A stretch of DNA of 64,000 nucleotides from Eledone cirrhosa. Taxonomy: Eukaryota. A model generated the notes under the pieces. That model ran no database searches. It had not been told where the DNA came from and saw nothing but the letters and a program-made list of their open reading frames with translations. The stretch covers positions 32,054,001 to 32,118,000 of the forward strand of contig OZ024760.1 of the NCBI GenBank assembly GCA_964016885.1. Reading direction: 5' to 3'. Every line of letters begins with the position of its first letter. Positions within the stretch are counted from its first letter, which is position 1. The position numbers and the translations under genes were made by a program. This document shows, one piece after another, positions 40,864 to 56,000 of the stretch.

Positions 40864-41060
40864 GCTGAACGGCATGGAGGAATAGAAAGAAAAGCTGTTC
40901 AACATATATGTTGAACATATATATTTAAAATGATCATACTGATCTTAATTGTTCTCAAAATAAATAAAATTGAAAGGTCATAGATTCGATATTATGTGAG
41001 ATAATTATATAAGATAAAGCCTTTACCATGAAAATATAAGAGTAATGTAAATTTTAAAGG

Positions 41061-44000
41061 GTTAACCACACAGCCATGTCTGTTGCTAACTAAACAGGTT
41101 AACCACACAACCATGTCTGTTGCTAACTAAACACGTTAACCACACGGCCATGTCTGTTGCTAACTAAACACGTTAACCACACTGCCATGTCTGTTGCTAA
41201 CTAAACACGTTAACCACACGGCCATGTCTGTTGCTAACTAAACACGTTAACCACACGGCCATGTCTGTTGCTAACTAAACACGTTAACCACACAGCCATG
41301 TCTGTTGCTAACTAAACATGTTAACCAGACAGCCATGTCTGTTGCTAACTAAACACGTTAACCACACAACCATGTCTGTTGCTAACTAAACACGTTAACC
41401 ACACGGCCATGTCTGTTGCTAACTAAACACGTTAACCAGACAGCCATGTCTGTTGCTAACTAAACACGTTAACCACACAGCCATGTCTGTTGCTAACTAA
41501 ACACGTTAACCACACAGCCATGTCTGTTGCTAACTAAACACGTTAACCACACAGCCATGTTTGTTGCTAACTAAACACGTTAACCACACAGCCATGTCTG
41601 TTGCTAACTAAACACGTTAACCACAGCCCTATCTGTTGCTAACTAAACACGTTAACGACACGTCCATGTCTGATGCTAACTAAACACGTTAACCACACTG
41701 CCATGTCTGTTGCTAACTAAACACGTTAACCACACTGCCATGTCTGTTGCTAACTAAACACGTTAACCAGACAGCCATGTCTCTTGCTAACTAAACATGT
41801 TAACCACACAGCCATGTCTGTTGCTAACTAAACACGTTAACCACACTGCCATGTCTGTTGCTAACTAAACACGTTAACCACACTGCCATGTCTGTTGCTA
41901 ACTAAACACGTGAACCACACTGCCATGTCTGTTGCTAACTAAACACGTTAACCACACTGCCATGTCTGTTGCTAACTAAACACGTTAACCAGACAGCCAT
42001 GTCTGTTGCTAAATAAACACGTTAACCACACTGCTATGTCTGTTGCTAACTAAACATGTTAACCACACAGCCATGTCTGTTGCTAACTAAACACGTTAAC
42101 CACACTGCTATGTCTGTTGCTAACTAAACACGTTAACCACACTGCCATGTCTGTTGCTAACTAAACACGTTAACCACACTGCCATGTCTGTTGCTAACTA
42201 AACACGTTAACCACACTGCCATGTCTGTTGCTAACTAAACACGTTAACCACACTGCCATGTCTGTTGCTAACTAAACACGTTAACCAGACAGCCCTATCT
42301 GTTACTAATTAAACACGTTAACCAGACAGCCCTGTCTGTTGCTAACTAAACACGTTAACCACACATCCATGTCTGTTACTAATTAAACACGTTAACCACA
42401 CTGCCATGTCTGTTACTAATTAAACACGTTAACCAGACAGCCCTGTCTGTTGCTAACTAAACACGTTAACGACACAGCCATCTCTGATGCTAACTAAACA
42501 CGTTAACCAGACAGCCATGTCTGTTGCTAACTAAACACGTTAACCACACTGCCATGTCTGTTGCTAACTAAACACGTTAACCACACTGCCATGTCTGTTG
42601 CTAACTAAACACGTTAACCACACTGCCATGTCTGTTGCTAACTAAACACGTTAACCACACAGCCATGTCTGTTGCTAACTAAACACGTTAACCACACAGC
42701 CATGTCTGTTACTAACTAAACACGTTAACCACACAGCCATGCCTGTTGCTAACTAAACACGTTAACCGCACTGCTATGTCTGTTGCTAACTAAACATGTT
42801 AACCACACTGCCATGTCTGTTGCTAACTAAACACGTTAACCACACAGCCATGTTTGTTGCTAACTAAACACGTTAACCACACTGCTATGCCTGTTGCTAA
42901 CTAAACACGTTAACCACACTGCCATGTCTGTTGCTAACTAAACATGTTAACCACACGGCCATGTCTGTTGCTAACTAAACACGTTAACCACACAGCCATG
43001 TCTGTTACTAATTAAACACGTTAACCAGACAGCCATATCTGTTGCTAACTAAACACGTTAACCACACTGCCATGTCTGTTGCTAACTAAACACGTTAACC
43101 ACACTGCCATGTCTGATGCTAACTAAACACGTTAACCACACTGCCATGTATGTTACTAACTAAACACGTTAACCACACAGCCACGACTGTTGCTAACTAA
43201 ACACGTTAATCAGACAGCCATGTCTGTTGCTAACTAAACACGTTAACCAGACAGCCATGTCTGTTGCTAACTAAACACGTTAACCACACTGCTATGCCTG
43301 TTGCTAACTAAACACGTTAACCACACTGCTATGCCTGTTGCTAACTAAACACGTTAACCACACAGCCATGTCTGTTGCTAACTAAACACGTTAACCACAC
43401 AGCCATGTCTGTTACTAACTAAACACGTTAACCACACAGCCATGCCTGTTGCTAACTAAACACGTTAACCACACTGCTATGTCTGTTGCTAACTAAACAT
43501 GTTAACCACACTGCCATGTCTGTTGCTAACTAAACACGTTAACCACACAGCCATGTTTGTTGGTAACTAAACACGTTAACCACACTGCTATGCCTGTTGC
43601 TAACTAAACACGTTAACCACACTGCCATGTCTGTTGCTAACTAAACATGTTAACCACACGGCCATGTCTGTTGCTAACTAAACACGTTAACCACACAGCC
43701 ATGTCTGTTACTAATTAAACACGTTAACCAGACAGCCATGTCTGTTGCTAACTAAACACGTTAACCACACTGCCATGTCTGTTGCTAACTAAACACGTTA
43801 ACCACACTGCCATGTCTGATGCTAACTAAACACGTTAACCACACTGCCATGTATGTTACTAACTAAACACGTTAACCACACAGCCACGACTGTTGCTAAC
43901 TAAACACGTTAATCAGACAGCCATGTCTGTTGCTAACTAAACACGTTTACCAGACAGCCATGTCTGTTGCTAACTAAACACGTTAACCACACTGCTATGC

Positions 44001-47000
44001 CTGTTGCTAACTAAACACGTTAACCACACTGCTATGCCTGTTGCTAACTAAACACGTTAACCACACTGCCATGTCTGTTGCTAACTAAACTCGTTAACCA
44101 CACTGCCATGTCTGTTGCTAACTAAACACGTTAACCACACAGCCATGTCTGTTGCTAACTAAACACGTTAACCACACAGCCATGTCTGTTGCTAACTAAA
44201 CACGTTAACCACACTGCTATGCCTGTTGCTAACTAAACACGTTAACCACACAGCCATGTCTGTTGCTAACTAAACATGTTAACCACACGGCCATGTCTGT
44301 TGCTAACTAAACACGTTAACCACACAGCCATGTCTGTTACTAATTAAACACGTTAACCAGACAGCCCTGTCTGTTGCTAACTAAACACGTTAACGACAGG
44401 GCCATGTCTGATGCTAACTAAACACGTTAACCAGACAGCCATGTCTGTTGCTAACTAAACACGTTAACCACACTGCCATGTCTGTTGCTAACTAAACACG
44501 TTAACCACACTGCCATGCCTGTTGCTAACTAAACACGTTAACCACACTGCCACGCCTGTTGCTAACTAAACACGTTAACCACACTGCCATGTCTGTTGCT
44601 AACTAAACACGTTAACCACACTGCCATGTCTGTTGCTAACTAAACACGTTAACCACACTGCCATGCCTGTTGCTAACTAAACACGTTGACCACAGAGCCA
44701 CGACTGTTGCTAACTAAACACGTTAACCACACTGCCATGTCTGTTGCTAACTAAACACGTTAACCACACTGCCATGTCTGTTGCTAACTAAACACGTTAA
44801 CCACACTGCCATGTCTGTTGCTAACTAAACACGTTAACCACACTGCCATGCCTGTTGCTAACTAAACACGTTAACCACACAGCCACGACTGTTGCTAACT
44901 AAACACGTTAACCACACAGCCATGTCTGTTGCTAACTAAACACGTTAACCACACTGCCATGTCTGTTGCTAACTAAACACGTTAACCACACTGCCATGTC
45001 TGTTGCTAACTAAACACGTTAACCACACTGCCATGTCTGTTGCTAACTAAACACGTTAACCACACAGCTATGTCTGTTACTAACTACACACGTTAACCAC
45101 ACAGCCATGCCTGTTGCTAACTAAACACGTTAACCACACTGCTATGCCTGTTGCTAACTAAACACGTTAACCACACAGCCATGTCTGTTGCTAACTAAAC
45201 ACGTTAACCACACAGCCATGTCTGTTGCTAACTAAACACGTTAACCACACTGCCATGTCTGTTGCTAACTAAACACGTTAACCACACTGCCATGTCTGTT
45301 GCTAACTAAACACGTTAACCAGACAGCCCTGTCTGTTGCTAACTAAACACGTTAACCAGACAGCCATGTCTGTTGCTAACTAAACACGTTAACCACACTG
45401 CTATGTCTGTTGCTAACTAAACATGTTAACCACACAGCCATGTCTGTTGCTAACTAAACACGTTAACCACACTGCCATGTCTGTTGCTAACTAAACACGT
45501 TAACCACACTGCCATGTCTGTTGCTAACTAAACACGTTAACCACACTGCCATGTCTGTTGCTAACTAAACACGTTAACCAGACAGCCATGTCTGTTGCTA
45601 AATAAACACGTTAACCACACTGCTATGTCTGTTGCTAACTAAACATGTTAACCACACAGCCATGTCTGTTGCTAACTAAACACGTTAACCACACTGCTAT
45701 GTCTGTTGCTAACTAAACACGTTAACCACACTGCCATGTCTGTTGCTAACTAAACACGTTAACCACACTGCCATGTCTGTTGCTAACTAAACACGTTAAC
45801 CACACTGCCATGTCTGTTGCTAACTAAACACGTTAACCACACTGCCATGTCTGTTGCTAACTAAACACGTTAACCAGACAGCCCTATCTGTTACTAATTA
45901 AACACGTTAACCAGACAGCCCTGTCTGTTGCTAACTAAACACGTTAACCACACATCCATGTCTGTTACTAATTAAACACGTTAACCACACTGCCATGTCT
46001 GTTACTAATTAAACACGTTAACCAGACAGCCCTGTCTGTTGCTAACTAAACACGTTAACGACACAGCCATCTCTGATGCTAACTAAACACGTTAACCAGA
46101 CAGCCATGTCTGTTGCTAACTAAACACGTTAACCACACTGCCATGTCTGTTGCTAACTAAACACGTTAACCACACTGCCATGTCTGTTGCTAACTAAACA
46201 CGTTAACCACACTGCCATGTCTGTTGCTAACTAAACACGTTAACCACACAGCCATGTCTGTTGCTAACTAAACACGTTAACCACACAGCCATGTCTGTTA
46301 CTAACTAAACACGTTAACCACACAGCCATGCCTGTTGCTAACTAAACACGTTAACCGCACTGCTATGTCTGTTGCTAACTAAACATGTTAACCACACTGC
46401 CATGTCTGTTGCTAACTAAACACGTTAACCACACAGCCATGTTTGTTGCTAACTAAACACGTTAACCACACTGCTATGCCTGTTGCTAACTAAACACGTT
46501 AACCACACTGCCATGTCTGTTGCTAACTAAACATGTTAACCACACGGCCATGTCTGTTGCTAACTAAACACGTTAACCACACAGCCATGTCTGTTACTAA
46601 TTAAACACGTTAACCAGACAGCCATATCTGTTGCTAACTAAACACGTTAACCACACTGCCATGTCTGTTGCTAACTAAACACGTTAACCACACTGCCATG
46701 TCTGATGCTAACTAAACACGTTAACCACACTGCCATGTATGTTACTAACTAAACACGTTAACCACACAGCCACGACTGTTGCTAACTAAACACGTTAATC
46801 AGACAGCCATGTCTGTTGCTAACTAAACACGTTAACCAGACAGCCATGTCTGTTGCTAACTAAACACGTTAACCACACTGCTATGCCTGTTGCTAACTAA
46901 ACACGTTAACCACACTGCTATGCCTGTTGCTAACTAAACACGTTAACCACACAGCCATGTCTGTTGCTAACTAAACACGTTAACCACACAGCCATGTCTG

Positions 47001-50000
47001 TTACTAACTAAACACGTTAACCACACAGCCATGCCTGTTGCTAACTAAACACGTTAACCACACTGCTATGTCTGTTGCTAACTAAACATGTTAACCACAC
47101 TGCCATGTCTGTTGCTAACTAAACACGTTAACCACACAGCCATGTTTGTTGGTAACTAAACACGTTAACCACACTGCTATGCCTGTTGCTAACTAAACAC
47201 GTTAACCACACTGCCATGTCTGTTGCTAACTAAACATGTTAACCACACGGCCATGTCTGTTGCTAACTAAACACGTTAACCACACAGCCATGTCTGTTAC
47301 TAATTAAACACGTTAACCAGACAGCCATGTCTGTTGCTAACTAAACACGTTAACCACACTGCCATGTCTGTTGCTAACTAAACACGTTAACCACACTGCC
47401 ATGTCTGATGCTAACTAAACACGTTAACCACACTGCCATGTATGTTACTAACTAAACACGTTAACCACACAGCCACGACTGTTGCTAACTAAACACGTTA
47501 ATCAGACAGCCATGTCTGTTGCTAACTAAACACGTTTACCAGACAGCCATGTCTGTTGCTAACTAAACACGTTAACCACACTGCTATGCCTGTTGCTAAC
47601 TAAACACGTTAACCACACTGCTATGCCTGTTGCTAACTAAACACGTTAACCACACTGCCATGTCTGTTGCTAACTAAACTCGTTAACCACACTGCCATGT
47701 CTGTTGCTAACTAAACACGTTAACCACACAGCCATGTCTGTTGCTAACTAAACACGTTAACCACACAGCCATGTCTGTTGCTAACTAAACACGTTAACCA
47801 CACTGCTATGCCTGTTGCTAACTAAACACGTTAACCACACAGCCATGTCTGTTGCTAACTAAACATGTTAACCACACGGCCATGTCTGTTGCTAACTAAA
47901 CACGTTAACCACACAGCCATGTCTGTTACTAATTAAACACGTTAACCAGACAGCCCTGTCTGTTGCTAACTAAACACGTTAACGACAGGGCCATGTCTGA
48001 TGCTAACTAAACACGTTAACCAGACAGCCATGTCTGTTGCTAACTAAACACGTTAACCACACTGCCATGTCTGTTGCTAACTAAACACGTTAACCACACT
48101 GCCATGCCTGTTGCTAACTAAACACGTTAACCACACTGCCACGCCTGTTGCTAACTAAACACGTTAACCACACTGCCATGTCTGTTGCTAACTAAACACG
48201 TTAACCACACTGCCATGTCTGTTGCTAACTAAACACGTTAACCACACTGCCATGCCTGTTGCTAACTAAACACGTTGACCACAGAGCCACGACTGTTGCT
48301 AACTAAACACGTTAACCACACTGCCATGTCTGTTGCTAACTAAACACGTTAACCACACTGCCATGTCTGTTGCTAACTAAACACGTTAACCACACTGCCA
48401 TGTCTGTTGCTAACTAAACACGTTAACCACACTGCCATGCCTGTTGCTAACTAAACACGTTAACCACACAGCCACGACTGTTGCTAACTAAACACGTTAA
48501 CCACACAGCCATGTCTGTTGCTAACTAAACACGTTAACCACACTGCCATGTCTGTTGCTAACTAAACACGTTAACCACACTGCCATGTCTGTTGCTAACT
48601 AAACACGTTAACCACACTGCCATGTCTGTTGCTAACTAAACACGTTAACCACACAGCTATGTCTGTTACTAACTACACACGTTAACCACACAGCCATGCC
48701 TGTTGCTAACTAAACACGTTAACCACACTGCTATGCCTGTTGCTAACTAAACACGTTAACCACACAGCCATGTCTGTTGCTAACTAAACACGTTAACCAC
48801 ACAGCCATGTCTGTTGCTAACTAAACACGTTAACCACACTGCCATGTCTGTTGCTAACTAAACACGTTAACCACACTGCCATGTCTGTTGCTAACTAAAC
48901 ACGTTAACCAGACAGCCCTGTCTGTTGCTAACTAAACACGTTAACCAGACAGCCATGTCTGTTGCTAACTAAACACGTTAACCACACTGCTATGTCTGTT
49001 GCTAACTAAACATGTTAACCACACAGCCATGTCTGTTGCTAACTAAACACGTTAACCACACTGCCATGTCTGTTGCTAACTAAACACGTTAACCACACTG
49101 CCATGTCTGTTGCTAACTAAACACGTTAACCACACTGCCATGTCTGTTGCTAACTAAACACGTTAACCACACTGCCATGTCTGTTGCTAACTAAACACGT
49201 TAACCAGACAGCCCTGTCTGTTACTAATTAAACACGTTAACCAGACAGCCCTGTCTGTTGCTAACTAAACACGTTAACCACACATCCATGTCTGTTACTA
49301 ACTAAACACTTTAACCACACTGCCATGTCTGTTGCTAACTAAACACGTTAACCACACTGCCATGTCTGTTGCTAACTAAACACGTTAACCACACAGCCAT
49401 GTCTGTTGCTAACTAAACACGTTAAACACACAGCCATGTCTGTTACTAACTAAACACGTTAACCACACAGCCATGCCTGTTGCTAACTAAACACGTTAAC
49501 CACACTGCTATGTCTGTTGCTAACTAAACATGTTAACCACACTGCCATGTCTGTTGCTAACTAAACACGTTAACCACACAGCCATGTCTGTTGCTAACTA
49601 AACACGTTAACCACACTGCTATGCCTGTTGCTAACTAAACAAGTTAACCACACTGCCATGTCTGTTGCTAACTAAACATGTTAACCACACGGCCATGTCT
49701 GTTGCTAACTAAACACGTTAACCACACAGCCATGTCTGTTACTAATTAAACACGTTAACCAGACAGCCATGTCTGTTGCTAACTAAACACGTTAACCACA
49801 CTGCCATGTCTGTTGCTAACTAAACACGTTAACCACACTGCCATGTCTGATGCTAACTAAACACGTTAACCACACTGCCATGTATGTTACTAACTAAACA
49901 CGTTAACCACACAGCCACGACTGTTGCTAACTAAACACGTTAACCACACAGCCATGTCTGTTACTAACTAAACACGTTAACCACACAGCCATGCCTGTTG

Positions 50001-53000
50001 CTAACTAAACACGTTAACCACACTGCTATGTCTGTTGCTAACTAAACATGTTAACCACACTGCCATGTCTGTTGCTAACTAAACACGTTAACCACACAGC
50101 CATGTTTGTTGCTAACTAAACACGTTAACCACACTGCTATGCCTGTTGCTAACTAAACACGTTAACCACACTGCCATGTCTGTTGCTAACTAAACATGTT
50201 AACCACACGGCCATGTCTGTTGCTAACTAAACACGTTAACCACACAGCCATGTCTGTTACTAATTAAACGCGTTAACCAGACAGCCATGTCTGTTGCTAA
50301 CTAAACACGTTAACCACACTGCCATGTCTGTTGCTAACTAAACACGTTAACCACACTGCCATGTCTGATGCTAACTAAACACGTTAACCACACTGCCATG
50401 TATGTTACTAACTAAACACGTTAACCACAAAGCCACGACTGTTGCTAACTAAACACGTTAATCAGACAGCCATGTCTGTTGCTAACTAAACACGTTAACC
50501 AGACAGCCATGTCTGTTGCTAACTAAACACGTTAACCACACTGCTATGCCTGTTGCTAACTAAACACGTTAACCACACTGCTATGCCTGTTGCTAAATAA
50601 ACACGTTAACCACACAGCCATGTCTGTTGCTAACTAAACACGTTAACCACACAGCCATGTCTGTTACTAACTAAACACGTTAACCACACAGCCATGCCTG
50701 TTGCTAACTAAACACGTTAACCACACTGCTATGTCTGTTGCTAACTAAACATGTTAACCACACTGCCATGTCTGTTGCTAACTAAACACGTTAACCACAC
50801 TGCTATGCCTGTTGCTAACTAAACACGTTAACCACACTGCCATGTCTGTTGCTAACTAAACATGTTAACCACACGGCCATGTCTGTTGCTAACTAAACAC
50901 GTTAGCCACACAGCCATGTCTGTTACTAATTAAACACGTTAACCAGACAGCCATGTCTGTTGCTAACTAAACACGTTAACCACACTGCCATGTCTGTTGC
51001 TAACTAAACACGTTAACCACACTGCCATGTCTGATGCTAACTAAACACGTTAACCACACTGCCATGTATGTTACTAACTAAACACGTTAACCACACAGCC
51101 ACAACTGTTGCTAACTAAACACGTTAATCAGACAGCCATGTCTGTTGCTAACTAAACACGTTTACCAGACAGCCATGTCTGTTGCTAACTAAACACGTTA
51201 ACCACACTGCTATGCCTGTTGCTAACTAAACACGTTAACGACACTGCTATGCCTGTTGCTAACTAAACACGTTAACCACACTGCCATGTCTGTTGCTAAC
51301 TAAACTCGTTAACCACACTGCCATGTCTGTTGCTAACTAAACACGTTAACCACACAGCCATGTCTGTTGCTAACTAAGCACGTTAACCACACAGCCATGT
51401 CTGTTGCTAACTAAACACGTTAACCACACTGCTATGCCTGTTGCTAACTAAACACGTTAACCACACAGCCATGTCTGTTGCTAACTAAACATGTTAACCA
51501 CACGGCCATGTCTGTTGCTAACTAAACACGTTAACCACACAGCCATGTCTGTTACTAATTAAACACGTTAACCAGACAGCCCTGTCTGTTGCTAACTAAA
51601 CACGTTAACGACACGGCCATGTCTGATGCTAACTAAACACGTCAACCAGACAGCCATGTCTGTTGCTAACTAAACACGTTAACCACACTGCCATGTCTGT
51701 TGCTAACTAAACATGTTAACCACACTGCCATGCCTGTTGCTAACTAAACACGTTAACCACACTGCCACGCCTGTTGCTAACTAAACACGTTAACCACACT
51801 GCCATGTCTGTTGCTAACTAAACACGTTAACCACACTGCCATGTCTGTTGCTAACTAAACACGTTAACCACACTGCCATGCCTGTTGCTAACTAAACACG
51901 TTGACCACAGAGCCACGACTGTTGCTAACTATACACGTTAACCACACTGCCATGTCTGTTGCTAACTAAACACGTTAACCACACTGCCATGTATGTTGCT
52001 AACTAAACACGTTAACCACACAGCCATGTCTGTTGCTAACTAAACACGTTAACCACACTGCCATGCCTGTTGCTAACTAAACACGTTAACCACACAGCCA
52101 CGACTGTTGCTAACTAAACACGTTAACCACACAGCCATGTCTGTTGCTAACTAAACACGTTAACCACACTGCCATGTCTGTTGCTAACTAAACACGTTAA
52201 CCACACTGCCATGTCTGTTGCTAACTAAACACGTTAACCACACTGCCATGTCTGTTGCTAACTAAACACGTTAACCACACAGCTATGTCTGTTACTAACT
52301 AAACACGTTAACCACACAGCCATGCCTGTTGCTAACTAAACACGTTAACCACACTGCTATGCCTGTTGCTAACTAAACACGTTAACCACACGGCCATGTT
52401 TGTTGCTAACTAAACACGTTAACCACACAGCCATGTCTGTTGCTAACTAAACACGTTAACCACACTGCCATGTCTGTTGCTAACTAAACACGTTAACCAC
52501 ACTGCCATGTCTGTTGCTAACTAAACACGTTAACCACACTGCCATGTCTGTTGCTAACTAAACACGTTAACCAGACAGCCATGTCTGTTGCTAACTAAAC
52601 ACGTTAACCACACTGCTATGTCTGTTGCTAACTAAACACGTTAACCACACTGCCATGTCTGTTGCTAACTAAACACGTTAACCACACTGCCATGTCTGTT
52701 GCTAACTAAACACGTTAACCACACTGCCATGTCTGTTGCTAACTAAACACGTTAACCACACTGCCATGTCTGTTGCTAACTAAACACGTTAACCAGACAG
52801 CCCTGTCTGTTACTAATTAAACACGTTAACCAGACAGCCCTGTCTGTTGCTAACTATACACGTTAACCACACATCCATGTCTGTTACTAATTAAACACGT
52901 TAACCACACTGCCATGTCTGTTACTAATTAAACACGTTAACCAGACAGCCCTGTCTGTTGCTAACTAAACACGTTAACGACACAGCCATGTCTGATGCTA

Positions 53001-56000
53001 ACTAAACACGTTAACCAGACAGCCATGTCTGTTGCTAACTAAACACTTTAACCACACTGCCATGTCTGTTGCTAACTAAACACTTTAACCACACTGCCAT
53101 GTCTGTTGCTAACTAAACACGTTAACCACACTGCCATGTCTGTTGCTAACTAAACACGTTAACCACACAGCCATGTCTGTTGCTAACTAAACACGTTAAC
53201 CACACAGCCATGTCTGTTACTAACTAAACACGTTAACCACACAGCCGTGCCTGTTGCTAACTAAACACGTTAACCACACAGCCATGTCTGTTGCTAACTA
53301 AACACGTTAACCACACAGCCATGTCTGTTACTAACTAAACACGTTAACCACACTGCTATGCCTGTTGCTAACTAAACACGTTAACCACACTGCCATGTCT
53401 GTTGCTAACTAAACATGTTAACCACACGGCCATGTCTGTTGCTAACTAAACACGTTAACCACACAGCCATGTCTGTTACTAATTAAACACGTTAACCAGA
53501 CAGCCATGTCTGTTGCTAACTAAACACGTTAACCACACTGCCATGTCTGTTGCTAACTAAACACTTTAACCACACTGCCATGTCTGTTGCTAACTAAACA
53601 CGTTAACCACACTGCCATGTCTGTTGCTAACTAAACACGTTAACCACACAGCCATGTCTGTTGCTAACTAAACACGTTAACCACACAGCCATGTCTGTTA
53701 CTAACTAAACACGTTAACCACACAGCCATGCCTGTTGCTAACTAAACACGTTAACCACACAGCCATGTCTGTTGCTAACTAAACACGTTAACCACACAGC
53801 CATGTCTGTTACTAACTAAACACGTTAACCAGACAGCCATGTCTGTTGCTAACTAAACACGTTAACCACACTGCCATGTCTGTTGCTAACTAAACACGTT
53901 AACCACACTGCCATGTCTGATGCTAACTAAACACGTTATCCACACTGCCATGTATGTTACTAACTAAACACGTTAACCACACAGCCACGACTGTTGCTAA
54001 CTAAACACGTTAATCAGACAGCCATGTCTGTTGCTAACTAAACACGTTAACCAGACAGCCATGTCTGTTGCTAACTAAACACGTTAACCACACTGCCATG
54101 CCTGTTGCTAACTAAACACGTTAACCACACTGCCACGCCTGTTGCTAACTAAACACGTTAACCACACTGCCATGTCTGTTGCTAACTAAACACGTTAACC
54201 ACACTGCCATGTCTGTTGCTAACTAAACACGTTAACCACACTGTCACGACTGTTGCTAACTAAACACGTTAACCACACTGCCATGTCTGTTGCTAACTAA
54301 ACACGTTAACCACACTGCCATGCCTGTTGCTAACTAAACACGTTAACCACACTGCCTTGTCTGTTGCTAACTAAACACGTTAACCGCACTGCTATGTCTG
54401 TTGCTAACTAAACACGTTAACCACACTGCCATGCCTGTTGCTAACTAAACACGTGAACCACACAGCCACGACTGTTGCTAACTAAACACGTTAACCACAC
54501 AGCCATGTCTGTTGCTAACTAAACACGTTAACCACACTGCCATGTCTGTTGCTAACTAAACACGTTAACCACACTGCCATGTCTGTTGCTAACTAAACAC
54601 GTTAACCACACTGCCATGTCTGTTGCTAACTAAACACGTTAACCACATAGCCATGTCTGTTACTAACTAAACACGTTAACCACACGTCCATGCCTGTTGC
54701 TAATTAAACACGTTAACCAGACAGCCCTGTCTGTTGCTAACTAAACACGTTAACCACACTGCCATGTCTGTTGCTAACTAAACACGTTAACCACACTGCC
54801 ATGTCTGATGCTAACTAAACACGTTATCCACACTGCCATGTATGTTACTAACTAAACACGTTAACCACACAGCCACGACTGTTGCTAACTAAACACGTTA
54901 ATCAGACAGCCATGTCTGTTGCTAACTAAACACGTTAACCAGACAGCCATGTCTGTTGCTAACTAAACACGTTAACCACACTGCCATGCCTGTTGCTAAC
55001 TAAACACGTTAACGACACTGCCACGCCTGTTGCTAACTAAACACGTTAACCACACTGCCATGTCTGTTGCTAACTAAACACGTTAACCACACTGCCATGT
55101 CTGTTGCTAACTAAACACGTTAACCACACTGTCACGACTGTTGCTAACTAAACACGTTAACCACACTGCCATGTCTGTTGCTAACTAAACACGTTAACCA
55201 CACTGCCATGCCTGTTGCTAACTAAACACGTTAACCACACTGCCTTGTCTGTTGCTAACTAAACACGTTAACCGCACTGCTATGTCTGTTGCTAACTAAA
55301 CACGTTAACCACACTGCCATGCCTGTTGCTAACTAAACACGTTAACCACACAGCCACGACTGTTGCTAACTAAACACGTTAACCACACAGCCATGTCTGT
55401 TGCTAACTAAACACGTTAACCACACTGCCATGTCTGTTGCTAACTAAACACGTTAACCACACTGCCATGTCTGTTGCTAACTAAACACGTTAACCACACT
55501 GCCATGTCTGTTGCTAACTAAACACGTTAACCACATAGCCATGTCTGTTACTAACTAAACACGTTAACCACACGTCCATGCCTGTTGCTAATTAAACACG
55601 TTAACCAAACAGCCCTGTCTGTTGCTAACTAAACACGTTAACCACACATCCATGTCTGTTACTAATTAAACACGTTAACCACACTGCCATGTCTGTTACT
55701 AATTAAACACGTTAACCAGACAGCCCTGTCTGTTGCTAACTAAACACGTTAACGACACAGCCATGTCTGATGCTAACTAAACACGTTAACCAGACAGCCA
55801 TGTCTGTTGCTAAATAAACACGTTAACCACACTGCCATGTCTGTTGCTAACTAAACACTTTAACCACACTGCCATGTCTGTTGCTAACTAAACACGTTAA
55901 CCACACTGCCATGTCTGTTGCTAACTAAACACGTTAACCACACAGCCATGTCTGTTGCTAACTAAACACGTTAACCACACAGCCATGTCTGTTACTAACT

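Noticed and set aside
41051-41062. 12-bp identity attttaaagggt shared with the inner stem of hairpin 1 (39029-39040)
   Set aside because: A short AT-rich match with no extension, so probably chance.
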